64,000 nucleotides of DNA from Eledone cirrhosa (Eukaryota), in contig OZ024753.1 in assembly GCA_964016885.1 (NCBI GenBank), positions 25,730,001 through 25,794,000 of the forward strand, read 5' to 3'. Shown piece after piece: positions 1 to 19,135 of the stretch (the stretch's first letter is position 1; every line of letters begins with the position of its first letter). A program made the translations under genes and the position numbers. A model generated the notes under the pieces. That model had not been told where the DNA came from. It ran no database searches and saw only the letters and a list, made by a program, of their open reading frames with translations.

Positions 1-841
1 TTGTGCGCATATATGCATTTTTTCTACTTTTTATTTATTTATTTTTTGTGTGTTACTTTATATATTACAACCCCTCCCACTTACTTTCTCTTTGCCTTAA
101 TTTTTTATTCTTATCTTATATATTATTTCATTAATTTATCATTTTTTATATTTTTATCGACCTTCCGTCTGACACTGCGTTGACTTTATACACTCCCCTC
201 CCAGTATATATCACATACATATATGTGGTTGCGCGCGTGTGTATGTTTATACGCGTGCGTCCTTTCATCCTTGTATGTGTATATATTTCAGCGCTAGTCC
301 CTAAGTCTGTATGTACGCTGACTCCATTATCTTACAATTTCTATTTTCAACACACACACATATATATATATATTTGTGGTCACACATACACTAATATGTT
401 TGCCCTCATGTATGTACTTACGCACACATTTTTTCACTATACACATACAGTTGTACATACACACACATGTACATATGTACATATATATGTGCATATACAC
501 ACATTTACTATATTTCTTTATTTTTATTTTTTATACATCTCTTGTATTATTACTTTTATTTATTATTTTTTTGCCCGTTAAGCTTTTACCTTAATGCGGA
601 CGTTTCTTGTATTCGTCTTATTCGGGAAACCTCTGGTAATGAGGTAATTAAACTGTATTGTTTATTATACATAAAAAAGAAATTTAGCTCTGTAACTTAC
701 ACAGAGCACTCTTAAATTCCTCTGACTTTTTCAATTTTCAACGGAAACTTCAATTTATATATATATATAAAGAAAAAGAGATGAAATCGAAAATGCAACT
801 GGAGTCTTATTTTAAAAAAAAATATATATATTTATTTGGTT

Positions 842-879
842 CCTTTACCGGTTTCGCAGTTCTTCTGCTTTTCAAAAGG
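842..879 (-). ncRNA. Minimal type I hammerhead ribozyme (mirror copy of 942-979)
   Basis: Exact reverse complement of 942-979. Confidence 0.75.
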
Positions 880-941
880 TGAGTTGAGATGGAGGGTCTG
901 TGGTTTTTTGAGAAAAACCACAGACCCTCCATCTCAACTCA

Positions 942-979
942 CCTTTTGAAAAGCAGAAGAACTGCGAAACCGGTAAAGG
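942..979 (+). ncRNA. Minimal type I hammerhead ribozyme, U3-A8 variant
   Basis: CCTT-TTGAAAA-GCAG aagaa CTGC-GAAA-CCGGTA-AAGG: stem I CCTT/AAGG, stem II GCAG/CTGC, palindromic stem III ACCGGT, GUA cleavage triplet, AATAAA just downstream. Confidence 0.75.
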
Positions 980-1115
980 AACCAAATAAATATATATATT
1001 TAAAAAAAAAATAAGACTCCAGTTGCATTTTCGATTTCATCTCTTTTTCTTTATACTTTTACTCGTGTAGGACACCTCGGTTATTTTTCATTTTGTAAAA
1101 AAAAACCTCACTTTC

Positions 1116-1167
<52 letters not shown>

Positions 1168-1191
1168 TATATACATATATAGATACATATG

Positions 1192-1261
<70 letters not shown>

Positions 1262-1291
1262 TACATATGTATATATATACATATATATATA

Positions 1292-1355
<64 letters not shown>

Positions 1356-1370
1356 TATATAAATATATAC

Positions 1371-1455
<85 letters not shown>

Positions 1456-1536
1456 TATACATATATATACATTTATATATATATACATATATACATATAT
1501 ATATTCATATATAAATATATATATATACATATATAA

Positions 1537-1576
<40 letters not shown>

Positions 1577-1579
<3 letters not shown>

Positions 1580-4500
1580 GGGACCAGTGGACAACTGTTC
1601 AAAGGAAGAACAGAAAGCACCGAGACACTGGGAGCAAAAAAACCCAAGTAATGTGCAAGTTTTTCAAGAACGGGACATGCTGGCATGGAGAGACGGGGAT
1701 GGGATGCAGATTCGCCCACCCTAGGTCTCAAACGAACTATGCCCATCATACTCGCGCAACATGCCCCAGCCAAAGCCGAAATAAGCCGCTCCAGAAGTAT
1801 GCTGATGTCGCGCGTGCCACACCAACAAGGAGAAGGCACGCACATGCCGACGAGATACAGATGGCAGCAGCAGATCAGAAAAATTTTTTAGTGATGGCAG
1901 AGAAGATTGTGGGACAGCTGACCTGGCTGCATCGTCTCCAGAGCCAGGGTCATCCACACCAGCACTCGAGACCACCGCAGTTAAGGGACCCAGAGTGGCC
2001 GCCGCTGATACCAGACCAGGTGTCATACCGACAGCCATTACTGGCACCCCAAAAGTCACACCAGTGCTGCTGCTGAATGTCAGGGGCCTGGTGAAACTCA
2101 GTAACATGAGTAAAATTTCCTACCTGGGAGACTTAGCCATAAGCAATCAAGCACTATGCATGGCACTAACCGAAACGCACCTGACAAGCAGTATAGCAGA
2201 TGCAGAAATACATATACCGAAATATACTGTATTTCGTTCGGACAGGAAGGAGAGAACTCATGGTGGGGTTGCTCTGTATATCCGTGAAGATGTCACACCA
2301 ATTGTACTGTTGACACATTCAAACTCAGTCTGTGACACACTGATAATACATATGAAGCAACTACAGACAGTAATATGTGTCACATATCGGCCGCCCGATG
2401 CCCCCAGTCATGAGGGTAAATTTGAGGATAGCCTAAGTAGGATAGAAGAGGTCTTTGACAAACTGGACCAGGGTCTCAACATCCTACTGCTGGGAGACTT
2501 CAACCTACCAAAGGTCAAATGGCCTGAGGGCCACCTCCTCGCTGGAATGACGTCAATAGAACAGAGACAGATGGAATCCCTGCTGGCCCTCACACACAGG
2601 CTGTTCATGGAGCAAGCAATACTCCTCCCAACAAGAGGCGAAAATGTCCTGGACCTCTGTTTTACAAACAACGAAGTGCTCATCCACAATGTAAAGGTGA
2701 CACCAACAATTCTCTCGGATCATAACTTAGTAGAGCTAATGATATGTGGTCCAAGAGAACCAACAGAGACAAAACCACCAAGAAGCTCCGGGACGCTATC
2801 CAGCCTTAACTTCTACAAGGCTAACTGGAAAAAGATTAAGAGTGAAATCCGGAAGCAAACATGGAGTGAAAACACCGCCACACAAGACACTAACACACAA
2901 TTTCAACACTTCATGACAACGATACACACCATATACAAAAAGTGTGTCCCGTAGAAAGAGGCAAACAGACACAAAAATCTTATTCCCAGAGATAGGAAAA
3001 TCCTTATGAGACGTAGAACTAAACTCTCAAACCAGTTGAATAGTCAACAAAACAAAAACAAGAAGGAATCCTATTTGAAACGTGCACTACTTGACACCGA
3101 GATTGCACTCAAACTTTAACATGAGAATGAGAGGGCAAAGAAAGAGAACAGGGCCATAGAAAACATTAAAACAAACCCTAAGGCCTTCTTTAAATTTGCA
3201 AAAGAAACTGCCTCAGTACACTGCAAGATTGGGCCACTCTTCCACACGGACGGTTCATTAACCGAAAACCCCCAAGAGATATGTGAAATACTGAACGAAC
3301 AGTACAAAAGTGTCTTCACATGTCCACTGAGGCACATGCAAATAACGAAGCCAGAGGAGTTATTTGATACCACAACACTACATCAAGAAATGGCAACCAT
3401 CAACCACATAGACATAACGGAGGAGGATGTGGTGTACGCCATTGATGAAATTAGAACAGACTCGGCTGCTGGACCTGATGGATTCCCAGCAGTTCTCTTA
3501 AAAATATGTAAGCGGGCCTTAGCAACTCCACTGAAGATGCTCTTCAGAAGCTCCTTGGCTAGCGGTGTACTACCCAGGGAGCTGAAAGAAGGCACAATAT
3601 GCCCTATCCATAAAGGAGGTAGTAGAGCGGAGGCCAAGAACTATAGGCCAGTCTCCATGACGTCGCATATCAGTAAGGTCATGGAGCGAGTCGTCAGAAA
3701 GAAACTAATCACTTTCCTCGAAGAAAATGACCGCCTGACTAGCACGCAACATGGCTTCCGCCCAGGAAGAAGCTGCCTTACACAGCTGCTACATCACTAC
3801 GACTGGGTACTGAGACAACTACTAGACAGCTCACATGTGGACGTGATATATCTTGACTTTGCGAAGGCCTTTGACAAGGTCGACCACGGAATGATATGTC
3901 ACAAACTACACGGACTCGGCATAACTGGAAAAGTAGGTGAGTGGCTGCATGGCTTCCTAAGGGACAGAAGCCAGGCAGTCGCAGCAAATGGGGCCCTCTC
4001 GAGGGAAACACCGATAACAAGTGGGGTGCCCCAGGGGACAGTCCTGGGACCACTACTGTTTTTGGTGGCTCTCTCGGACATGCCCTCTGTGGTGCATGCA
4101 ACAACATCCCTCACTAGCTATGCTGATGACACTAAGGTAGCACAGGCAATAAAAAACCCGGCTGACGCTGCCCTTTTACAGCAGGATCTGGATGCCATAT
4201 ACAGATGGGCGGAAGAAAACAACATGCAGTTTAATGCTGGCAAATTCCAAGCCCTACAATACAAACCTGCAAACACAAATATAGTGTAACACAGCTACAC
4301 AGGACCAGGAGGGACCGATATCCCCGTGTCAAAATCGATACGAGACCTGGGCATAGACATGAGCGATGATGCATCTTTTTCTTCACACATCATGAAAGTG
4401 GCGACAACGTGCAGACGACTCGCTGGCTGGATCTTGAGGACTTTCCGGACAAGAGATCGAGACACCATGTTGACACTGTGGAGGACTTTTGTCCTAAGCC

Positions 4501-5105
4501 GCCTGGACTACTGCTCCCAGTTGTGGTCACCCCATAGTGTCAAACTAACCACGGAGCTTGAGGCAATCCAGCGAAGCTACACCAAGAGGATTACCAAGAT
4601 GAGGGAGACAAGCTACTGGGAGAGGCTAAAGGAACTGAACCTCTACTCCTTGGAGCGAAGACGGGAGAGATACGCAGTGATCTACATGTGGAAAATCCTG
4701 GAGGGACTAGCACCAAACTTTGGCATTGGGAGCTGGACCAACCGTCGAACAGGACGTCACTGTGTGGTGCCAAAGGTCCCGTCTTCCACATATAGAATAA
4801 GGAGCAGGTATTGCAATAGCCTGGGATTCAAGGGCCCTGAACTCTTCAACAGGCTGCCGAGGCATCTGAGAGACTTGCATGACGTGGAGGTGGATGTCTT
4901 TAAGAAACATCTCGACACCTTGTTATCCAGGATCCCGGATGAGCCCACAGCAAGACACGAGGGAAACCTAAGGGCAGTAGCAACAAACTCCCTCTTACAC
5001 CAGTGGCCAACCTATACAGGCTGGAGATAAAATGTGTAGCAACAAGGGCGGTGCCCCAGCATGGCCTCAGCCGGATGGCTGAAACAGGTAAAAGAGTAAA
5101 AGAGT
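1577..5105 (+). mobile_element. CR1-group LINE, 5'-truncated in ORF1, inserted in (TA)n
   Basis: ORF1 tail with a CCCH finger ([23 protein letters not shown]), an APE+RT ORF2, and a short 3' UTR ending in GTAAAAGA repeats. Flanked on both sides by (TA)n. Confidence 0.9.
1995..5030 (+). pseudogene. LINE ORF2 (APE endonuclease + reverse transcriptase) with three in-frame stops
   Basis: ORF pieces 1995, 3336 and 4326 share one frame, with stops at 2952, 3117 and 4287. Motifs: NVRGL, TETHL, YRPP, GDFN, SDHN, YLDFAKAFD, GVPQGTVLGP, YADD. Confidence 0.92.
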
Positions 5106-5146
5106 AATATATAAATATATATATACATATATAAATATATATATAC

Positions 5147-9067
<3,921 letters not shown>

Positions 9068-9114
9068 TATATATATATATATACATATATATATATACAT
9101 ATATATATATATAC

Positions 9115-9163
<49 letters not shown>

Positions 9164-9452
9164 CATATATATCTATATCCAAAATTAAGATAAATTAAAT
9201 GAATTTAATCTAAATCAAAATTATGGGTGTCATGCCGGAAAGGCATGCGCCATATCACCCGGGAAATAAGCTCTAAGATTCTAACAAATAGGTCCGAGCA
9301 TTTTATAATAACTAGAAATTGATTAACATATATATAAACATGAATAATCACAGGAGATAATTTTTACAAGTGTGTAACCACACATAGCTAGGTAGGTAAC
9401 TAAATAAAGTTGACTAGAACTTTAAAAACAGATACCTTACAATATGATTAAC

Positions 9453-9546
9453 CTTCCCTGTATATATTCCATTAAAGAAATATATTTCACCAATTAATCA
9501 GATGGTAAACCACGGAAGTGGAGATTGTGGATTTTCAACAAGGAAG
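9453..9546 (-). ncRNA. Type I hammerhead ribozyme, U3-A8 core
   Basis: Minus strand reads CTTCCTTG-TTGAAAA-TCCA...TGGT-GAAA-TATATTTC tttaat GGAATATA-TA-CAGGGAAG: 8-bp stem I, 9-bp stem III, AUA triplet. Confidence 0.75.
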
Positions 9547-9867
9547 AAAATATTCAGCTATCCGTGCTTACACTTCAAGTTCAAATTTGCAACTGGCTAC
9601 TACCACGTGTTGCATCTATTATAAATAAATACACACGCCACAGCAGCTTCGTCCCAGTGGCGCGAATAGGGTTATCGACAAATATAAATAGCAGTCGAGT
9701 CCTTTCAACAGAATTAGCTCTACAATTAAGGAGCCGTATTTATATATCTATATCCAAAATTAAGATAAATTAAATGAATTTAATCTAAATCAAAATAATG
9801 GGTGTCATGCCGGAAAGGCATGCGCCATATCACCCGGGAAATAAGCTCTAAGATTCTAGGATATTTT

Positions 9868-9941
9868 CTTCCTTGCTGAAAATCCAAAATCTCTGATTAA
9901 TTGGTGAAATATATTTCTTTAATGGAATATATACAGGGAAG
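9868..9941 (+). ncRNA. Type I hammerhead ribozyme (inverted copy, C3.A8 mismatch)
   Basis: CTTCCTTG-CTGAAAA-TCCAA...TTGGT-GAAA-TATATTTC/GGAATATA-TA-CAGGGAAG. Confidence 0.7.
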
Positions 9942-10105
9942 GTTAATCATATTATAAGGTATCTATTTTTGAAGTTCTAGTCAACTTTATTTAGTTACCT
10001 ACCTAGCTATGTGTGGTTACACACTTGTAAAAATTATCTCCTGTGATTATTCATGTTTATATATATGTTAATCAATTTCTAGTTATTATATATACATATA
10101 TATAT

Positions 10106-10140
<35 letters not shown>

Positions 10141-10149
10141 CATATATAA

Positions 10150-10206
<57 letters not shown>

Positions 10207-10315
10207 TATATACATATACATATATATACATATATAAATATATATATACACATATATATATATATACATATATACATATATATATATACATATATATATA
10301 CATATATATATATAC

Positions 10316-10360
<45 letters not shown>

Positions 10361-10385
10361 TATATACATATATATATATATGTAC

Positions 10386-10434
<49 letters not shown>

Positions 10435-10595
10435 CATATATATATATGTACGTATATATATATACATATACACATATATAAATATATATACATATACACA
10501 CACATATATATATATACATATATATATATACATATACAGATATATATATATACATATACATATATATATACATATAGATATATATATATACAAGT

Positions 10596-11548
10596 TACAA
10601 GTTAATATAAATTAATATATGATAAACGCTAATATAATCATATAAGTGTTTGTATTGCAAATGACCAAGTTAGCCAGATTGAAAAATACTAATTAGATTA
10701 ATACAGTTTGCCTGTCTCGATTTAAAATAATAAATCCAGGTATCACGGCTATTGCCAATATAGGTTTGTTTTTATTGATTTATTATTTTAAATCGAGACA
10801 GGCAAACTGTATTAATCTAATTAGTATTTTTCAATCTGGCTAACTTGGTCATTTGCAATACAAACACTTATATGATTGTATTAGCGTTTATCATATATTA
10901 ATTTATATTAACTTGTATTTCACGGCTCAGAAATACATCTTTCTTTGAGATAATTAATTGTAAAAGACTGTTTGAGTTTATAACTCTATATATAGTATTA
11001 ACGGCTCCTTTTGTTGAGCTAAATTTTAGTCCCATATAAACGGCTTTTATTTCTAGCAGAACGAGTATGGGGATAGCTAGGAGCTGAAAAACCATGTGCG
11101 TTAACACTTGACTATCAGTCCTCCTAAGTATTTCGAGGTGAAACATACCAATTTTTCTGGATACCTGCTGATGACCACAGGAAATGGAATTTTTCACTTC
11201 TTCAGTTATCGCTGAGAAAATTATTTGGGTTTTGAAATTTAAATATGTCTACGGAACAGGTTTGAGTTTTGAAATTTAAATTTGTCCAGGTATCACGGCT
11301 ATTGCCAATATGGGTTTGTTTTTATTGATTTATTATTTTAAATCGAGACAGGCAAACTGTATTAATCTAATTAGTATTTTTCAATCTGGCTAACTTGGTC
11401 ATTTGCAATACAAACACTTATATGATTATATTAGTGTTTATCATATATTAATTTATATTAACTTGTATTTCACGGCTCAGAAATACTTCTTTCTTTGAGC
11501 TAATTAATTGTAAAAGACTGTTTGAGTTTATAACTCTATATATAGTAT
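10596..11548 (+). mobile_element. Non-coding HHR element B (550-bp monomer, ~1.5 units, 5' inverted arm)
   Basis: Direct repeat 10737-10998 = 11287-11548. 10596-10736 is an inverted copy of ~10778-10917. (TA)n flanks. Confidence 0.8.
11160..11294 (+). ncRNA. Type I hammerhead-like motif with irregular stem II
   Basis: GATACCTG-CTGATGA-...-GAAA-TTTAAATTT-GTC-CAGGTATC: 8-bp stem I and GUC triplet. Stem II is poorly paired at its base and the GAAA segment is locally duplicated. Confidence 0.6.
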
Positions 11549-11556
11549 ATATATAC

Positions 11557-11590
<34 letters not shown>

Positions 11591-11633
11591 ATACATATAC
11601 ATATATATACATATACATATATATACATATACT

Positions 11634-11664
<31 letters not shown>

Positions 11665-11879
11665 ATATATACATATATATACATATACATATATATATAC
11701 ATATACATATATATACATATACATATATATACATATACATATATATATATACGTATATATATATATGATTCCAGTTCCTCAGTGAACTAACAACCCAACC
11801 AGGAACTGGGCATGTCAGAGTATTGACAAAGTTATACCCCTCAACAACATATGTACTTGTCTATACCACAGTAATTCGA

Positions 11880-11934
11880 ACTGCCTGAAGCGGTCACAGC
11901 CAAAGATGGCTGTCACCGAAATATATATAGCAGT
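11880..11934 (+). ncRNA. Minimal type I hammerhead (A9C substitution) in a solo pLTR-like fragment 11765-11980
   Basis: ACTGC-CTGAAGC-GGTcACAGCC aaagat GGCTGTcACC-GAAA-TATATAT-A-GCAGT, immediately followed by AATAAA. Confidence 0.7.
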
Positions 11935-12026
11935 AATAAACGAAGCTAAATTTTAAACATTTGACTTATTTTCTTTTCTTTTCTATATATACGTATATAT
12001 ATACGTATATATACACATATATATAC

Positions 12027-12097
<71 letters not shown>

Positions 12098-12211
12098 CAT
12101 ATATATACATATACATATATATACATATATATACATATATATAATATACATATATATATATACACAGATACATATGTACATATATATACATATACATATA
12201 TATACATATAC

Positions 12212-12252
<41 letters not shown>

Positions 12253-12305
12253 CATGTATATACATATACATATATATACATATACATATACATATACATA
12301 AACAT

Positions 12306-12340
<35 letters not shown>

Positions 12341-12345
12341 TATAC

Positions 12346-12390
<45 letters not shown>

Positions 12391-12397
12391 TATATAC

Positions 12398-12430
<33 letters not shown>

Positions 12431-12597
12431 CATATATATACATATACATATATATACATATACATATATACATACATATATATTCATATACATATACATA
12501 AATATAAATATATATACATATATATGCATATAAATATACATATATATATATATACATATACATATATATATATATATATAAATATATATATACATAT

Positions 12598-12780
12598 CAG
12601 GCTCAGTTTCAGAAGCTCCCGCGTGTTGCGACGAATGAGGCAATCAGACTGTTCCATCGCGTTCGGTCAGCAGCCAGTTGCCATTGCCTGTTTGTCGCTC
12701 GCAGGTCCCTCTCAACTGTCTGGCGCCAGTTCATTTTGGATCGCCCTCCCCGTCTGCTTCCCTGCGGGCTCCATTTAAGT
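12598..12780 (-). mobile_element. RTE LINE 3' fragment
   Basis: Translation [26 protein letters not shown]...AADRTRW is a typical RTE C-terminus. Confidence 0.75.
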
Positions 12781-12918
12781 ACATATACATATACATATAC
12801 ACATACATATATATACATATAAATATATATATATTTACATATACATATATATATACATAAATACACATATATATATACTTATACATATACATATATATAT
12901 ATATATACATATATATAC

Positions 12919-12975
<57 letters not shown>

Positions 12976-13038
12976 TTAATGTCAATATTTCTTTGATTTT
13001 AGTATTGTTTAATCACACCGTCAGGGTGATTATTCTAT

Positions 13039-13110
<72 letters not shown>

Positions 13111-13657
13111 GTTAATATGTGTAAATGTGTATATGTGTGTGTATATATATGTGTGTGAGTGTGTGTGTATATATATATATATGACATTTTATTTCTGTAT
13201 TATATATTGCATTGTATTGTATATTATATTATATTTTTTATATCTTATTTCTCGGATTATATTATTATGTTGTATTTCAAGTATTGGACATATATATGTA
13301 CTTTTAACGTGGCTATTTTAATGTTTGCTTGCTCTCTTGCCCTATTGTTTTTATGTACCAATATACCCTGTTAGGTTTGACACGTCTTTCCTGGATAGTT
13401 TTCCGTAATTTCCTTCCTTGCATACTATCGGGTGTGTTATAAATTTTATATATTTTTACCCATTAGTAATTAAGGGCCCTTTCTTAGTTACCTGAAATCT
13501 GAATATGTCGCAACATCCTAGACCTTGCCTCCTTATCCTGCTTTTATATTACCTGCATATTTTATCTTATAATGTAACATTTAAATTTCTATTTTTCTAT
13601 TTCTCTATTCTTCTGAATTTTGGCTTGTTATAGCCGTTGATATTTTTTGTCTTTTCC

Positions 13658-13702
13658 TTGCTCTGAAGAGTCCTAATTACTGGGACGAAACATTGTCAGC
13701 GA
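13658..13702 (+). ncRNA. Minimal type I hammerhead ribozyme at the 3' end of a solo pLTR-like island
   Basis: TTGCT-CTGAAGA-GTCC taattactg GGAC-GAAA-CATT-GTC-AGCGA then ATAAA. Canonical core, GUC triplet. Confidence 0.85.
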
Positions 13703-13812
13703 ATAAAGATTTTTAATGTATTAAGGGCTTCTTTGTTAATTTATATAATTATATATATACATATATATATACATATACATATATACATATACATATATAA
13801 ACATACATATAC

Positions 13813-13911
<99 letters not shown>

Positions 13912-14213
13912 CATATACATATATAAACATATATAAACATACATATACATATATATATATATACATATACATATATATACAAAATATACGTATATATATA
14001 CATATATGTATATATATACAAATACATATATATATATACATATACATATATATATATATATACATATATATATACATATACATATACATATATATATATA
14101 TATACATATATATATACATATACATATATATACATATAGATATATATATATACATATATATATAGATATACATATATATATATATACATATATATATATA
14201 TGTATATCTATAT

Positions 14214-15139
<926 letters not shown>

Positions 15140-15168
15140 TACATATATATACATATACATATATACAT

Positions 15169-15219
<51 letters not shown>

Positions 15220-15623
15220 TACATATATATACATATACATATATACATATACATATATACATATATATACATATACATATATACATATACATAGATATAT
15301 ATATACATATATATATAGATATATATATATATGTACATATATATATACATATATATATACGGAAAAAATGAAACGAAATTTCATTTCTCACTCTTAGTAC
15401 GGCTGTTACTTAAATATAAGTATGTATACGCACATACATATATGTATACAGACATACAGTAGTATGTATATATATATACATACATGCACACATATATATT
15501 TGTACGTATGGATTCACCTAACATTTATTATAATGCTCGGTGTGTTCGTAAACAAACATCCCGAATTAAGCCGTACGGTGTCTAGCAACCATCGTTGCTC
15601 ATTTGTTCAACACTGACAAAGGA

Positions 15624-15666
15624 ACGCTGTACTAGTTTCAAGCTCATTAGCTATCGTCAGCAACGC
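15624..15666 (-). ncRNA. Minimal type I hammerhead, probably in an inverted pLTR upstream of the PLE remnant
   Basis: Minus strand reads GCGTTG-CTGACGA-TAGCT aatg AGCTT-GAAA-CTAG-TA-CAGCGT. Confidence 0.8.
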
Positions 15667-15739
15667 ATACCTTCCTGCCAGATGGTTGAACGTCTGAAAA
15701 TATATACTTTCCTTATGCATATATATATGTGTGCATATG

Positions 15740-17910
15740 TATATATATATGTATATAACCACCCTAGGAGCTTAATTAACTCAATAGTTAAGAGCGTCTC
15801 CAATAGAGTGTCCACACTGTCGGCCAATGAAAACATCTTCAAGTAGCACGCTGAATACTACAACTCCGCACTTATAAACGCTCGTTATACTGAGAAGATT
15901 TCTTACATCGACCCAAATAGAACCGTAACACCGCTAAACATAACCGGACCCTTAGAAACGAACATAGAAGAAATCTCCACACCTAGGACAAACAATAACC
16001 TAAGACCCTCCCTAGCCGACAGTGCAGACAGCGCTACACATAACTGTCTAGGAGATAAAGCCATACTCTCCAACCCCCAAAACGACTCAGACTATCGCAC
16101 ACGTTTGCGTACCAATAGAGACAAAGGACATAACGCCAATAGATTACTTGGAACCACTATGAAACATACGCCTGACCAAAACACACACAAACTACCACCC
16201 AACCACAGAAACCTCACTAAACACCGCAGAAACCGAAGTAGACCTGTCACATGGTATAATGCCCCCCTATTCTATACACGTCGCCACTAACATACCGGGA
16301 ACCTTTTTCAGGGCTCTCGAACAATCATTTCCACGCACACACAAATACCACAAGCTCTTCAATAGACACACCGCAACATTTTCTTTCTCCACAGGACCAA
16401 ACCTAGGCCACACAATAGCACACACTAATAGGGCAAAAATACGAAAACACATGGTTTCCCCACAACAAACCACCACCACAACCCAGAACGAAACCACACA
16501 CACAACACAACACAACAACCCACACGCCACACCCACACCGCATGACACCAACCGCCAACGTGCCACCACACCGGTTACATCCAACTGCAACTGCAAAAAA
16601 CGTGCCGAATGCCCACTAAACGGGGTGCCTCGTTAAGAATATTGTTTACCGGTGTGATGTCACAGCCGGCAATAAGGAGTACTCATATATAGGTGCGACA
16701 TCCACTACGTTTAAGGAGCGCTGGTAGAACCACAGAAGCTCCTTCAAACATAGACTGAAACGACCTCAAACCAAACTGGCCGACTTGATCTGGAACATCA
16801 AGGACAGGAATATTGAACCCCAGATTTCGTGGTCAGTGAAAAGACGCGTGGCACATATCCCCAGTGACAGAAACCACTGCAGATTATGCCTGGCTGAGGC
16901 AGCGGAAATAATTAAATTAAAATCCGCCATAAACTATAGGTCGGACATAATTGTCAATTTCAGACACATCAGGATGAACACCTTTTCCGCACAAACATTC
17001 GGGGGAGGGCCACGCACTAACCATGACCCACCATAATAATAACCACATCTGCCCGTATCACCATCGCCCATCTCAACGAATTTATTAATTTTAATTTTAA
17101 TTTTATTTTACTTTATCTTATTTTATTGTATTGCATGTAACCATCTGTAAGCCCTATTTTGTGTATGATGCCGCATACATCACCCACACCAAAAATCACA
17201 CTAACCATGACCCAGCATAATAATAACCACCTCTACTCCGTCTCACCATCGCCCATCTCAGCGAACTTATTTTATTGTACTGCATGTAACCATTTCTAAG
17301 CCCGTATTTGTATATCATGCCGCATACATCACCCCCACCAAAAATCACATCACCATACACCCCTCATCCTTGCAACATTGTGTTACATCGGTCTCCTATG
17401 ATAGGTTTTACCTTACAATCCATAGTAACACGGGATCTTGTAAATACAATGTCGATCATATCATACCATCGCCACCACCACCACACCACGCATCGTCATA
17501 TGTCTACCATACACACCCGCAACCGCATCCCCCCATGTTCCCTCTGTCTACCCTAACCTACAACCCCACGCTAAATTCGACCCTGTAAATGTACTGTCGC
17601 GCGCACACACAACCACCGCCACCACTAGATACATCCACATACTTCAACAATCATTAACATCATTAACATCATCAACACATATCATCGCTCACTCCCAGAT
17701 CGACTGTATTATATCCCCGCCCCACCATCTGCCTTACCTTGTAACACACCGTAACTTCTGATCATGTAATCATCTTGTCGAACATATCACCCCAGCACCA
17801 CCACCACCACCATGACCACAACACACATCGCCATACGTCCATAAACTATTCTCCTCCGCGTTCCCTATATCACCTTTTAACCTGTAACACATCGCACTAT
17901 TCGATCCTGT
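15740..17910 (+). mobile_element. Penelope-like element 3' remnant (Naiad-like GIY-YIG), frameshifted
   Basis: Fragments WYN(P)PYSIHVATNI, CNCKKRAECPLNG, NIVYRCDV, YIGATSTTFKERW and CRLCLAE. Duplicated ~185-bp segment in the 3' region. Confidence 0.8.
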
Positions 17911-18008
17911 ATATATGTATATGTATATATGTATATATGTATATATACATATATATATACATATATATATACATGTATATATATATGTATATATATATGT
18001 ATATATAA

Positions 18009-18105
<97 letters not shown>

Positions 18106-18175
18106 TACATATATATATATACATATATATATACATATATATATAAAACAATAGAGGTGTAACACACAAGTTATG

Positions 18176-18813
18176 ATATATTGGTAAACGGAATAGAAAA
18201 TGCTGACAAATTGTTCACAGTGAAATATAGTTTAATTAGGAATAAGTGATAATTAGTAATAGTCCCCTTGCAGTACGTACAATCTGGACACACTCCAGAT
18301 ACATATTTGTGCACAGGTATACAATTTGTGCACGGGTGTACAATTTCTGGACACACTTCAGATACATATTTGTGCACAGGTATTCCAATATGGCAAGGCC
18401 TAATGGATCCCCCTTGCAGTACGTACAATCTGGACACACTCACACACACCTTGGTATTATGCCAATACTATATATCATTTTACACCTTTTATTATTAAGG
18501 TTTTTGATGTTCTATTGAGAGAATCGATTTTACTGAAAATATCGAATAATGTACACCATTTTAACAGAAATAAATACTGATCCACCCACACACACACATA
18601 TTTTCTCTCTCTCACACACACACACGCATATACACACACACATACACACGCGTACATTAACATACAAAGAGAGAGACACACACACACACACTTCTCCGTA
18701 TAAGACAAGAGCTGAAAAAATATCTTTTATTATGTTAAAATACCCCCACACACTCACAGACACACTAACATACAAAGAGACACACACAGACACACACACA
18801 CACACACACACAT

Positions 18814-18844
<31 letters not shown>

Positions 18845-19056
18845 TTCTCCCCCCCCCCACACACATATATACACACACACATACACACGCGTACATTAAC
18901 ATACACACACACACACACACACACACACTTCTCCGTATAAGACAAGAGCTGAAAAAATATCTTTTAACATGTTAAAATATCCTCCACACACTTACAGACA
19001 GATTCCTACTGACCATCCTTCTACCACGAATTACTCTGCTACACACACACACACGC

Positions 19057-19135
<79 letters not shown>

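Larger units (their letters stand above)
765..1055. repeat. Near-perfect palindrome (~145-bp arms), probably an inverted PLE pseudo-LTR pair
   Basis: 765-908 is the reverse complement of 913-1055 apart from small differences in an A/T run. It is flanked by (TA)n and each arm contains an HHR motif. Confidence 0.9.
9168..10090 (-). mobile_element. Non-coding HHR element A (575-bp monomer, terminal direct repeat plus inverted arm)
   Basis: Direct repeat 9171-9283 = 9746-9858 (offset 575). 9860-10090 is an inverted copy of 9304-9554. HHRs present, (TA)n flanks, no credible ORF. Confidence 0.8.

Noticed and set aside
585-648. HHR-like remnant (TTACCTTA...GAAACCTCTGGTA...TGAGGTAA)
   Set aside because: The CUGANGA core is missing and stem II is not adjacent to GAAA, so it is too degenerate to call.
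15740-17100. Possible selenocysteine recoding in the Naiad-like PLE
   Set aside because: The disruptions seen are frameshifts and TAG/TAA, not UGA at Cys positions, and I recognised no SECIS.
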